Shown: positions 1 through 8,147 of the stretch, in pieces
Layout: the number at the start of each line of letters is the position of its first letter
How positions within the stretch are numbered: position 1 is the stretch's first letter
Sequence record: MZ436830.1
Direction: 5' to 3' (one strand)
DNA: 64,000 bases
From: Escherichia phage JK1
Translations under genes and position numbers: made by a program
Notes under the pieces: model-generated
Databases searched by the model: none
What the model was told of the DNA's origin: nothing
What the model saw: only the letters and a program-made list of their open reading frames with translations

Positions 1-281
1 AAGCAAAATACAAATGATGTCACAGGAAAACTAATAATGTACCACAGAATCATAATTTTATCTGTGAACCAATCAGCATTTGTTAACTTAGCACGACCAT
101 TATGAATACACACGAATTTATCATCTGTTATAATAGATGGCTTAGCTGCTTGATATCCCATTCTAAACTCCCTAATCAACAAATTTTTCATATCTTCGGA
201 ACAACCATTCCAGTCAACTCTATTAACTGAAATGCCATCATCCCCATCATCTAAATCATACCAGCGAGTTTTTAAAATCAT
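1..281 (-). CDS. hypothetical protein, partial (N-terminal part; gene continues past window start)
   Basis: ATG at 281..279 overlaps the stop of the 278..640 ORF (ATGA); open minus-strand frame runs to position 1 (MILKTRWYDLDDGDDGISVNRVDW...). Absent from ORF track because no stop lies in the window. Confidence 0.4.
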   Translation of the reverse strand, partial: MILKTRWYDLDDGDDGISVNRVDWNGCSEDMKNLLIREFRMGYQAAKPSIITDDKFVCIHNGRAKLTNADWFTDKIMILWYIISFPVTSFVFC

Positions 282-640
282 TTAATTTTCCTACAATCAC
301 TCACAAACTCTTCCATTGATTCTTTTTCAATATAAGACATGTAGCTATTATATTCCTTTAATTGTATTTTGTAATCCTTTTTTCTTTGCCAATTTATTTT
401 AAAATTATCATAATGAAAATATAACATGGTACCAAAGAATGAAAATAATGAAATAATTTTAGTATAGTGAAGTTCACTCCAAACTTCTATTATATTTACT
501 GTGCCGTCAATGTTTAAAATAAGACAGTCAATTAACAATCCAAAAAGACTACCCGCAAGAGCTGCAGCCAACGCTACAGCAAAAATTAAAAATGACTCAG
601 GAAGAGAATATTTGACTTTATTTAGTTTTGGCTTTTGCAT
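278..640 (-). CDS. hypothetical small membrane protein (one hydrophobic helix)
   Basis: ORF track 120 aa; hydrophobic stretch SFLIFAVALAAALAGSLFGLLI; overlaps upstream gene by 19 nt, suggesting translational coupling. Confidence 0.5.
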   Translation of the reverse strand: MQKPKLNKVKYSLPESFLIFAVALAAALAGSLFGLLIDCLILNIDGTVNIIEVWSELHYTKIISLFSFFGTMLYFHYDNFKINWQRKKDYKIQLKEYNSYMSYIEKESMEEFVSDCRKIK

Positions 641-1014
641 CGTGATTCCTTAACAAATTTCATAATTTCATCAAATTCATGCGCAGCAAGTTTAAGCTGA
701 TGTTCCTTTTTAATCTTTTTACACTGAGCTTTCCAATCACGTACACGTTTACGATAGTGTCTTCCTTGATACCAGTATCCTATCCAATTTATAGGTACTA
801 ATAAAAGCGGAACTACCAATGGAAGAATTAGTGTTGCTCCAAATATTGCACCAGATTCAATATCAGTCATAACGTCTATAACTATTCCAGCAATCAGCAG
901 AATCACAAATGATACGGCTACCACAGGACCTATTAATACATCAGTAGGAATTAGCTGACGTTTTAGTTCATACTTCACAGGTTCACTTGGAAGGTATAGT
1001 GATGGCTTTGACAT
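622..1014 (-). CDS. hypothetical membrane protein (two predicted TM helices)
   Basis: ORF track 622..1035; start chosen at internal Met (MSKPSLYLP...) to reduce overlap with upstream gene; hydrophobic segments VVAVSFVILLIAGIVIDV and ATLILPLVVPLLLVPI. Confidence 0.45.
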   Translation of the reverse strand: MSKPSLYLPSEPVKYELKRQLIPTDVLIGPVVAVSFVILLIAGIVIDVMTDIESGAIFGATLILPLVVPLLLVPINWIGYWYQGRHYRKRVRDWKAQCKKIKKEHQLKLAAHEFDEIMKFVKESRCKSQN

Positions 1015-1588
1015 ATTCTCTACATTCCTTAACAAATTTTTCTAATAATAAATCGCTTTCAAAATTAGGATTTTCTACGAATTTATCAAAAAGATCATCA
1101 ACAATAGTTAAGATATTCTTTTTACTAAGAATACGTTTATTTTCATGCTTCGTTTCAGAATCAACTATAAGAGTAAAGAAATATTTCTTGCCCTGAAATT
1201 TTACAGTAGTATCAATATAGAATAAATTTGACTTTTGTAAATTACGTTTAAACCATGCATCACTTAAACTATAAACGCCAAGATAATCATAATCGTCGTT
1301 TAAATAACAGACCGTCCATTCAGGAGAAACAAAATCAGTAAATTCAACGTCAAAATCGCATGTTAATAAATGAATTGATTCAATACTGTTAATAAGTATT
1401 CCAGGACGTATTAAAGACTTTTTACCTTTATAAAATCCAGAAAGACTTTCATCAGTTTCATATGAAGAACCCCAATAATAATTACGTCCTTCTGCCATAC
1501 GTTTAAGAGCATTTAATAATTGGTCTGGAACATCAACCTGTCTTTGGAACTCTTCAAACATTGAATTGAAATCACTTTGCATTTTCAT
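983..1588 (-). CDS. hypothetical protein
   Basis: ORF track 201 aa, same strand and tight spacing as neighbours; no recognisable motif. Confidence 0.5.
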   Translation of the reverse strand: MKMQSDFNSMFEEFQRQVDVPDQLLNALKRMAEGRNYYWGSSYETDESLSGFYKGKKSLIRPGILINSIESIHLLTCDFDVEFTDFVSPEWTVCYLNDDYDYLGVYSLSDAWFKRNLQKSNLFYIDTTVKFQGKKYFFTLIVDSETKHENKRILSKKNILTIVDDLFDKFVENPNFESDLLLEKFVKECREYVKAITIPSK

Positions 1589-1606
1589 TCCTACTTACTT
1601 CAAGTA

Positions 1607-1626
1607 ATAGGGGCCGAAGCCCCTTA
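1607..1626 (-). terminator. GC hairpin GGGGC-CGAA-GCCCC immediately after the stop of the 1630..2223 gene
   Basis: Perfect 5-bp GC stem with tetraloop at 1610..1623; the same AGGGGCCGAAGCCCCT motif recurs at 41688 and 62402. Confidence 0.45.
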
Positions 1627-1629
1627 TCA

Positions 1630-2223
1630 TTATTTCAGAGAATTAATGTATTCCTGAACATCGGCAGAGGTAGTTTCAACCCCAGAAATATTGCCATTAA
1701 AGGTTTCAACTCGAGCAAGAGTATCTTCAATATCAACCTTAGTCAGTGCTGCAATTTCAACTACATCATCAGCAGTACTAATTCCGAGGGCATTCGCGGC
1801 GCGAGTTTCACGGATATATTCCAATTTAACTGCAAGTTCTTGGCGAGCATCATCTAACTCAACTACTTTCTTGGCGATTTCAATTCGCATTTCAGCATAA
1901 CCATCAGCTTTAGTAGTCAACTGCTCAGCTGTTCGACGATATAGTAAACCAAGTTTAGCATGCATTGTTACATCTTGACCTTCAGAAAGAAGCTTGCGAA
2001 TTTCACGCTCTTTTGATTCGGCCTGTCGATTCTTTTCGACAATAAGTTCACGAATACGTTTTTCTTCATTAATAGATTTAACAGAAGCAGTTTTTAGATC
2101 TTTAATCTTATCAAGTAGTTTTGCTGCCGCAGCAGTATACTGTTCTTCAACAGATAAATTTTTAGCCATAGCAGAACCAAGTTTAGTGCGAATAAACTCA
2201 ACAATTTTCTTCAGCATGTTCAT
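1630..2223 (-). CDS. hypothetical coiled-coil protein (weak PspA/IM30-like resemblance)
   Basis: ORF track 197 aa, charged/Ala-rich helical heptad character throughout ([27 protein letters not shown]...); canonical early promoter upstream at 2269..2298. Confidence 0.5.
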   Translation of the reverse strand: MNMLKKIVEFIRTKLGSAMAKNLSVEEQYTAAAAKLLDKIKDLKTASVKSINEEKRIRELIVEKNRQAESKEREIRKLLSEGQDVTMHAKLGLLYRRTAEQLTTKADGYAEMRIEIAKKVVELDDARQELAVKLEYIRETRAANALGISTADDVVEIAALTKVDIEDTLARVETFNGNISGVETTSADVQEYINSLK

Positions 2224-2268
2224 AGCATTTCCTTTAGTTAATTAAGGGTTTTTATAATCCGTGGGAGT

Positions 2269-2298
2269 ATTATACTCTACTCCCAAGAGTTTGTAAAC
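2269..2298 (-). promoter_or_regulatory. T4-type early promoter (GTTTAC-N18-TATAAT) for the 1630..2223 gene
   Basis: Minus strand reads GTTTAC (2298..2293), 18-nt spacer, TATAAT (2274..2269); -10 box lies in inverted repeat GGGAGTA/TACTCCC (2263..2284). Confidence 0.6.
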
Positions 2299-2631
2299 TT
2301 ATTCTTCGTCCAATTCATCAATAAATTTATCGATACTACTATTAATAGACTCATCGATGATTAACAAAGCATCATCATCCATAATATTAATATTTTCTAA
2401 AGCATCAATATAAGCTTGATTGACTATAGACCATGCCCTTTGAAAATATGGGGCTTCATCATCAGGACTGAACCAACGTACACCTTCAAAGATACGTTTG
2501 GCATAATCTAACACCCATTGTACAGGCATGTTTTGAGAACGTTCGTTAAACTCTTTAAAGTCCTTAGATTCAAAAAGCTCTTCAGGATAATAATTTCTAT
2601 TACAAAAAGCTTTACTAAAGTTACGTTTCAT
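2299..2631 (-). CDS. hypothetical protein with acidic C-terminus
   Basis: ORF track 110 aa; early-promoter-like element immediately upstream. Confidence 0.5.
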   Translation of the reverse strand: MKRNFSKAFCNRNYYPEELFESKDFKEFNERSQNMPVQWVLDYAKRIFEGVRWFSPDDEAPYFQRAWSIVNQAYIDALENINIMDDDALLIIDESINSSIDKFIDELDEE

Positions 2632-2657
2632 AATGTTCTCCTCAAAGTTATAGGCTC

Positions 2658-2687
2658 ATAATATCTCAATCATGAGCCTGTGTAAAC
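2658..2687 (-). promoter_or_regulatory. T4-type early promoter (GTTTAC-N18-TATTAT) for the 2299..2631 gene
   Basis: GTTTAC at 2687..2682 on minus, -10 TATTAT at 2663..2658; -10 flanked by 8-bp inverted repeat AGGCTCAT/ATGAGCCT (2652..2679). Confidence 0.55.
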
Positions 2688-2963
2688 TTATTTCATATTA
2701 TTGAAATATTCTTCTGCGATTTCATCGTTATCATGGTAAACTTTAGAAGACAGTTTAACATAACCTTCTGCTGTGAACATATTAATCACAACCTTTACAG
2801 TATACCACTGACCATCTTCATTACCCATTACTGCGTAAGTTTCAAACATCGGATGGTCAGGACCGATAACTTTAATATCATTCACTGTACGACCAAAATC
2901 TTCTGAAACACATTTCATAAAGAAGTTGAACAGTTCGCCGTAATTATCCATTTCATTCTCCAA
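2688..2963 (-). CDS. hypothetical protein
   Basis: ORF track 91 aa; early-promoter-like element upstream at 2995..3024. Confidence 0.5.
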   Translation of the reverse strand: MENEMDNYGELFNFFMKCVSEDFGRTVNDIKVIGPDHPMFETYAVMGNEDGQWYTVKVVINMFTAEGYVKLSSKVYHDNDEIAEEYFNNMK

Positions 2964-2994
2964 GTTGTTTTCTGTATCAGTAGTTGATAGTTGT

Positions 2995-3024
2995 ATAGTA
3001 CCATGGAAGGGTAAGGATGTAAAC
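2995..3024 (-). promoter_or_regulatory. T4-type early promoter (GTTTAC-N18-TACTAT) for the 2688..2963 gene
   Basis: GTTTAC at 3024..3019 on minus, TACTAT at 3000..2995. Confidence 0.5.
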
Positions 3025-3135
3025 TGTTTTGTGAAAAAAATTTTTAAAAAGTTTTGGGGAATTCTAGGGCAGGGAGGGGCAATTAAAAGATAGGATAATA
3101 TATTATAAAGGATAGAAACTAAATGATGTCTAGAG

Positions 3136-3186
3136 AGGCCCGGAAAGGCCTAGATACCAAAAAGCCCCAACCTTTTGGTCGGGGCT
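3136..3186 (-). terminator. tandem hairpins plus U-run after the 3194..3655 gene
   Basis: AGGCC-CGGAAA-GGCCT (3136..3151) then AGCCCCAACC-TTTT-GGTCGGGGCT (3163..3186); minus-strand RNA has the hairpin followed by UUUUU. Confidence 0.55.
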
Positions 3187-3193
3187 AAGAATG

Positions 3194-3655
3194 TTATTTG
3201 ATTTGTTTAGCAGACCAAATGCGATCTTTAATAATTTTTTGGATGTCTTCAACATACTCTAGGTCATGAGCATGTGGATTATCTTTGAAACTATGAGCTC
3301 GCGCAAGTTTCTGGCCTTCGGTCTTAATTATCAAAAGTTCTTTAAGAATTGCTTCATACCTAGAGATAATTCCTTTAGCAATATTTTTTTCTTGTGCTGC
3401 TTTAGGGTCAGCCTTAGGAGCAGGTTTACCAGAAGGTTTTTCGAAAGCCGCACCAGTAGCAACCAGGCTTTTCCAGGCGGTGGTAACATAGTTACCCACA
3501 AAGCCTTCAGCTCTCATATCGTCATAGAACTTGTACCGAGATTCGTCAGAAGCATCTTTATAAGAATATTTACCAGCTTTAATAGCAGCAGTTGCTACAG
3601 CGCGAACATCTGAAGCGGATGCTTCGGTCATTAAAAATTGAGCATAAGTTTTCAT
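3194..3655 (-). CDS. capsid-targeted internal-protein-like protein with divergent CTS (MKTYAQFLMTE)
   Basis: ORF track 153 aa; N-terminus resembles T4 internal-protein capsid targeting sequence MKTYQEFIAE with an L-x-E gp21 cleavage motif; late promoter TATAAATA 30 nt upstream; Lys/Ala-rich body. Confidence 0.55.
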   Translation of the reverse strand: MKTYAQFLMTEASASDVRAVATAAIKAGKYSYKDASDESRYKFYDDMRAEGFVGNYVTTAWKSLVATGAAFEKPSGKPAPKADPKAAQEKNIAKGIISRYEAILKELLIIKTEGQKLARAHSFKDNPHAHDLEYVEDIQKIIKDRIWSAKQIK

Positions 3656-3683
3656 TATTATTTCCTGTGTTAATTAACTCATC

Positions 3684-3691
3684 TATTTATA
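3684..3691 (-). promoter_or_regulatory. T4 late promoter TATAAATA for the 3194..3655 gene
   Basis: Plus strand tatttata is the reverse complement of TATAAATA, about 29 nt upstream of the ATG at 3655. Confidence 0.6.
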
Positions 3692-3721
3692 CCAAAAAGC
3701 CCCAACCTTTCGGCTGGGGCT
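3692..3721 (-). terminator. rho-independent terminator at the end of the tRNA/stable-RNA transcription unit
   Basis: AGCCCCAACC-TTTC-GGCTGGGGCT hairpin; minus-strand RNA has the hairpin followed by UUUUU; near-identical copy at 3157..3186. Confidence 0.6.
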
Positions 3722-3772
3722 AAGCCTTGCGGCAACCTTGTCGGGGTTCCACCTGCTAAGGCAAGTGTTTGT

Positions 3773-3864
3773 ACGAAACGCCGGGATTCGAACCCGGTTA
3801 TTAAGTAGTTGACGCTACTCAATATTTTTAAAAGGCCATATCTCGACCATATCCGAACGTTCCG
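3773..3864 (-). ncRNA. tRNA-like small stable RNA (possibly equivalent to T4 RNA C/D); 5' boundary uncertain
   Basis: Perfect T-arm CCGGG-TTCGAAT-CCCGG (3781..3797 rc) and a 7-bp acceptor-like pairing (3774..3780 with 3858..3864), but no canonical D or anticodon arm could be folded. Confidence 0.35.
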
Positions 3865-4035
3865 TCAAAAACGCTACTCGGCTTATGGCAAAGATATTTC
3901 CTCGAATCGATAATTCGGTGCGCCGTTTCTGCTGTGATGTAAGAGGGCATCAATAAACGTAAAGATTATTAACGCAATTCCTTACTCAGGGAACATCAGT
4001 CCGACGACTTGCCGGTAGCGACCCGGCTTCTTGTC

Positions 4036-4111
4036 TGGTCGAGGCAGTAGGGATCGAACCTACGACCCAGGACTTAGAAGGTCCTTGCTCTTCCTTCTGA
4101 GCTATGCCTCG
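4036..4111 (-). tRNA. tRNA-Arg (anticodon UCU)
   Basis: Cloverleaf folded by hand: acceptor CGAGGCA/TGCCTCG, T-arm GTAGG-GATCGAA-CCTAC, anticodon loop CTTCTAA, CCA encoded. Confidence 0.85.
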
Positions 4112-4115
4112 TATT

Positions 4116-4190
4116 TGGCGGACGTGATAGGATTCGAACCTATAACCAATCGCTTAACAGGCGATCGCTCTGCCATTGAGCTACACATCC
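4116..4190 (-). tRNA. tRNA-Asn (anticodon GUU)
   Basis: 5' GGATGTG-TA-GCTCAATGGCAGAGC D-arm, anticodon loop CTGTTAA, T-arm with TTCGAAT loop, CCA encoded. Confidence 0.8.
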
Positions 4191-4194
4191 AAAT

Positions 4195-4281
4195 TGGTGG
4201 GGAGTGGTGGAGTCGAACCACCCGAGTCGCAATGACAATGGATTTACAGTCCACACCGCTACCTCTACGGGATAACTCCCC
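4195..4281 (-). tRNA. tRNA-Tyr (anticodon GUA), type II with long variable arm
   Basis: 87 nt; acceptor GGGGAGT/ACTCCCC, anticodon loop CTGTAAA, variable-arm hairpin, T-arm GGTGG-TTCGACT-CCACC, CCA encoded. Confidence 0.7.
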
Positions 4282-4290
4282 AAATTAATT

Positions 4291-4365
4291 TGGTGGCCCT
4301 GGGTGGAATTGAACCACCATCTGGCGATTATGAGTCGCTTGCTTGAACCTTCCAGCTACAGGGCC
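4291..4365 (-). tRNA. tRNA-Ile (gene anticodon CAU; AUA-decoding type as in T4) or tRNA-Met
   Basis: Acceptor CAGGGCC/GGCCCTG, anticodon loop CTCATAA, T-arm GGTGG-TTCAATT-CCACC, CCA encoded; Ile assignment by analogy with T4. Confidence 0.7.
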
Positions 4366-4366
4366 T

Positions 4367-4442
4367 TGGTGCTGATTGACGGAATCGAACCGCCGACCTT
4401 CTCATTACAAGTGAGTTGCTCTACCTACTGAGCTAAATCAGC
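4367..4442 (-). tRNA. tRNA-Thr (anticodon UGU)
   Basis: Acceptor GCTGATT/AATCAGC, anticodon loop CTTGTAA, CCA encoded. Confidence 0.85.
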
Positions 4443-4447
4443 AAAAC

Positions 4448-4537
4448 TGGCGGAGGCGATAGGATTTGAACCTATGAGTCGCCGGAGCGACTGCCGGTTT
4501 TCAAGACCGGTGCATTAAACCACTCTGCCACGCCTCC
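4448..4537 (-). tRNA. tRNA-Ser (anticodon UGA), type II
   Basis: 90 nt; GGAGGCG-TG-GCAGAGTGGTTTAATGC D-arm, anticodon loop CTTGAAA, long variable arm, T-arm ATAGG-TTCAAAT-CCTAT, CCA encoded. Confidence 0.85.
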
Positions 4538-4539
4538 AG

Positions 4540-4613
4540 TCTCCATACAAGGATTTGAACCTTGGACCTCCTGATCCCAAATCAGGCGCTCTACCAAACT
4601 GAGCTACACGGAG
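4540..4613 (-). tRNA. tRNA-Pro (anticodon UGG)
   Basis: 5' CTCCGTG-TA-GCTCAGTTTGGTAGAGC, anticodon loop TTTGGGA, T-arm CAAGG-TTCAAAT-CCTTG; no encoded CCA. Confidence 0.85.
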
Positions 4614-4623
4614 TAAATTAAAT

Positions 4624-4697
<74 letters not shown>

Positions 4698-4702
4698 AAA
4701 TT

Positions 4703-4789
4703 TGGTGCGAGAAGTGGGACTCGAACCCACAAGGAAATCATTCCGCAGCATTTTAAGTGCTGTGCCTTTACCAATTTGACCATTCTCGC
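4703..4789 (-). tRNA. tRNA-Leu (anticodon UAA), type II
   Basis: 87 nt; acceptor GCGAGAA/TTCTCGC, anticodon loop CTTAAAA, T-arm GTGGG-TTCGAGT-CCCAC, CCA encoded; 1 nt from tRNA-Gln. Confidence 0.85.
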
Positions 4790-4790
4790 G

Positions 4791-4863
4791 CTGGGAATAA
4801 AGGACTCGAACCTTTGCATCCTGGAATCAAAATCCAGTGCCTTACCAACTTGGCTAATTCCCA
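4791..4863 (-). tRNA. tRNA-Gln (anticodon UUG)
   Basis: 5' TGGGAAT-TA-GCCAAGTTGGTAAGGC, anticodon loop TTTTGAT, T-arm AAAGG-TTCGAGT-CCTTT; no encoded CCA. Confidence 0.85.
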
Positions 4864-4949
4864 ATTATTAACAAAGGCTCTCAAACAAGAACCCTTGATG
4901 ATAGAGGGTATTAATCAGTGCGGTATGAGTTAATAATAACAAATAATTC

Positions 4950-5465
4950 TTAAAGCAAATTAAACATTTTAACGGTCGGCAAAACAATTTCTTTTTCTAT
5001 ATAAGAGTATTTAACACTCTCAACTACACGCAAAAAATCATAATCATAATACTCAGAAGCACTGCCTAAAATATTAATAAGTCCTTCAAGCACTTTATTA
5101 CCATTCACAAAGAATAAGTCAAATACGCGTTCTTCGTCTTCTTCGGATTTATTACCAAGGTCAACTTCTATATCAAAGACCTTTTTAATGAATTCTGGAT
5201 AAAGTTGTTCTGAGAACAGTCCTTCAACCAAGTATTCATAAATAAAAAGCGATTGCTCGCTGAACAAGCCATTACCACAATAACGTTCAGCTTTAGTACT
5301 AGAATGTCTACTTTTAAACTTCTTTAAAAGATATTGAAATTGTAAGATTTCATGCTCTTCTACGCCAAACAGTGTTTTAGTTTTATAGTTGTCACCATCA
5401 TTTTCCCAGGTAGTGACATCAATTACGTAACCCTGCGGAATTGTAGTACCTAAACAAATATTCAT
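4950..5465 (-). CDS. hypothetical protein
   Basis: ORF track 171 aa; in the variable block between tRNA array and gene 57B. Confidence 0.5.
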   Translation of the reverse strand: MNICLGTTIPQGYVIDVTTWENDGDNYKTKTLFGVEEHEILQFQYLLKKFKSRHSSTKAERYCGNGLFSEQSLFIYEYLVEGLFSEQLYPEFIKKVFDIEVDLGNKSEEDEERVFDLFFVNGNKVLEGLINILGSASEYYDYDFLRVVESVKYSYIEKEIVLPTVKMFNLL

Positions 5466-5755
5466 TTGCTCACCATATTAATGTAAGTATATTCAATACA
5501 TTCAAGACCCAAAGGATTCTTGAAAATATCATATTCAAGAGGACCTTTTTCCGTTTCAATAAAGAAATCAAAATTTACTGTATTAAATTTACGGTCTTCC
5601 TTCACTAATTTAACCTGAGAAGATGAACGGTCAATGTAAACCTTTTCAACTTCAAAACATGTTAAAATGCCATAATCATCAATCAAGGCTTTAGCTGCTT
5701 CTTGATCATATTTATATCCATTTTCAATGGATGATACTTTAGCATAAAGAATCAT
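5462..5755 (-). CDS. hypothetical protein
   Basis: ORF track 97 aa; 4-nt overlap with downstream gene. Confidence 0.5.
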   Translation of the reverse strand: MILYAKVSSIENGYKYDQEAAKALIDDYGILTCFEVEKVYIDRSSSQVKLVKEDRKFNTVNFDFFIETEKGPLEYDIFKNPLGLECIEYTYINMVSK

Positions 5756-5757
5756 TA

Positions 5758-6168
5758 TCAGCCTCTATCAACGATAGCATGAGTATGGGCATTTACGATT
5801 TGCCACCAGTCGAAACGATTGGAACCATAATCTGGTTTATTTTCATTTTCTTTAATGATATCACGCAGTTTATCTTCTGTTTCAGCATACGCAATTAAAT
5901 CATCATATCCGCCACAAGGATAATAATTATCACCTGCGAATAAAAGAAAATTTACCTTAGATGGATTTACGTAATAATGGTCTTTAGGATATTTAGTTCC
6001 TCTCCAATCAGTTACTTCAACATAACGGTAAGAAAATCCATTTTTACTTTCAATCCAACTCCACGCTTCAAAAGGAGTATTAAAAACTTTATCAGGTATT
6101 AAATTACCTTCAAAATGAGAAGGATTTGCATAATCCCCGGCATAAACATAATATTCGTTAATACTCAT
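5758..6168 (-). CDS. hypothetical protein
   Basis: ORF track 136 aa. Confidence 0.5.
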   Translation of the reverse strand: MSINEYYVYAGDYANPSHFEGNLIPDKVFNTPFEAWSWIESKNGFSYRYVEVTDWRGTKYPKDHYYVNPSKVNFLLFAGDNYYPCGGYDDLIAYAETEDKLRDIIKENENKPDYGSNRFDWWQIVNAHTHAIVDRG

Positions 6169-6354
6169 CTATTCACCTTTAGAAATTTTATCCATAACGA
6201 TAGCGATTAAACCAATTAAAAATGCTACTACAAGTGAAAACACATTTTCTGCTGTAGTCAATAATCCACATATAAATCCAACAAACATTGAAAAACTAAA
6301 AGCGGAAGCAGAAATTGCAATAGCAACATTTCGAATTAATTCACAACGTTTCAT
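6169..6354 (-). CDS. hypothetical small hydrophobic protein (two predicted TM segments)
   Basis: ORF track 61 aa, AIAISASAFSFSMFVGFICGLL and FSLVVAFLIGLIAIVM; early promoter upstream. Confidence 0.45.
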   Translation of the reverse strand: MKRCELIRNVAIAISASAFSFSMFVGFICGLLTTAENVFSLVVAFLIGLIAIVMDKISKGE

Positions 6355-6382
6355 TTTATTCTCCTCGGTAGTTGATAGGGTA

Positions 6383-6412
6383 ATAGTATCACTACCCTAT
6401 CTAAAAGTAAAC
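6383..6412 (-). promoter_or_regulatory. T4-type early promoter (GTTTAC-N18-TACTAT) for the 6169..6354 gene
   Basis: GTTTAC at 6412..6407 on minus; -10 lies inside perfect 9-bp inverted repeat GATAGGGTA/TACCCTATC (6374..6401). Confidence 0.55.
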
Positions 6413-6646
6413 TTATTTTTTACGAAAAATTGATTTATATTTATCAGCCCATTTCTCAATGACTTTTGCCGGGCCATAGATAACAAAGTAATCGCCAAAC
6501 TCTTCACCACCGAGTTGACCGAAATCATCTAATGCATCACGAAGAACTCCATGAGGCATTTCACCCATTTTATCTTTCTTGCCAGTGTAAATAAACTCAA
6601 CTTTTACATCAGCAGTTTCAGCAATAAATTCTTGATACGTTTTCAT
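6413..6646 (-). CDS. internal protein (IP) with canonical capsid targeting sequence MKTYQEFIAE
   Basis: ORF track 6413..6664; start set at second Met giving MKTYQEFIAE-TADVKV...; this decapeptide is the T4 IPI/II/III CTS cleaved by gp21; mature part differs from T4 IPI as recalled. Confidence 0.7.
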   Translation of the reverse strand: MKTYQEFIAETADVKVEFIYTGKKDKMGEMPHGVLRDALDDFGQLGGEEFGDYFVIYGPAKVIEKWADKYKSIFRKK

Positions 6647-6682
6647 TTTGTTCTCCAATTTCACATTTGTTTTGATAGGGTA

Positions 6683-6712
6683 ATAGTATCACTACTAAAA
6701 CCCCATGTAAAC
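6683..6712 (-). promoter_or_regulatory. T4-type early promoter (GTTTAC-N18-TACTAT) upstream of the IP gene
   Basis: Shares the 24-bp sequence TTGATAGGGTAATAGTATCACTAC with the element at 6372..6395. Confidence 0.5.
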
Positions 6713-6724
6713 AACTTTGTGAAA

Positions 6725-7421
<697 letters not shown>

Positions 7422-7422
<1 letters not shown>

Positions 7423-8147
7423 TATAGTACCTTTAGTGTATTTTTAATTTTAGAAAAAAGTTCTTCAAGAGAACCATCGTTTGTAATTACTAAATCGCCA
7501 TCACGAATTGGCAATCCAGCTTCTGTAATATGTGTATCATTGGATTTTTGACCAGGACGAACTACATGAATTACTGTAGCACCCATCGCCCTAGCCGCAT
7601 CCATTTCATGATCTTGACGAGTATCAGGAACGATATAATAATCATAACCTGAGTTAAATTTATCAAGATAATCTAAAGCAAATAATTTTACCCAATACAT
7701 GCGGTCGAAGTTATTAACAATCAAATCCGTACCTAGGGCTTGCATCAGACGACGGACTGACCATTGATCTTCAATATTATTTATAACGTCAATAATCTTG
7801 TTAAATGCTACGGAATTAACTGATTCTTGTCCTTCGTCATCAAAAACAAACACACCCTTAATTGGGCTTTTACCATTAAGATAGCAAAATGCTTGTTCCA
7901 TAATCGTGATTACTTCTGATTTAGTCAGATTTAAATTAGTCTCACGATCATAGTCAATTCCTTCAAACTCTTTACGAGTTAAGCAAGGATAGTCAGTGTT
8001 TGCTGCAAATACTCCCCATGCATAAGCCAATGCATCCTTAATAGGACCAGCAAGTTGGTATTTAACTGCAGAATAATTGCTCATGATAAAATCAGCAGTA
8101 GTATCTTTTCCACTACGCTTTACACCGCTTAAAAAGATTAGTTTCAT
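7422..8147 (-). CDS. 1: gp1 deoxynucleoside monophosphate kinase
   Basis: MKLIFLSGVKRSGKDTTADF... P-loop; ORF track 7422..8186 trimmed to ATG with GAGGAG SD; 241 aa as in T4. Confidence 0.9.

Noticed and set aside
987-2245. Plus-strand ORFs 987..1196, 1691..1900 and 1994..2245 in the minus-strand accessory block
   Set aside because: All are embedded antisense in longer minus-strand genes that have promoters and overlap-coupled starts; no independent support.
3266-3613. 115-aa plus-strand ORF antisense to the CTS-bearing gene
   Set aside because: Lies wholly inside a better-supported minus-strand gene with promoter, SD and terminator; composition is low-complexity (Ser/Phe/Arg-rich), typical of antisense frames.
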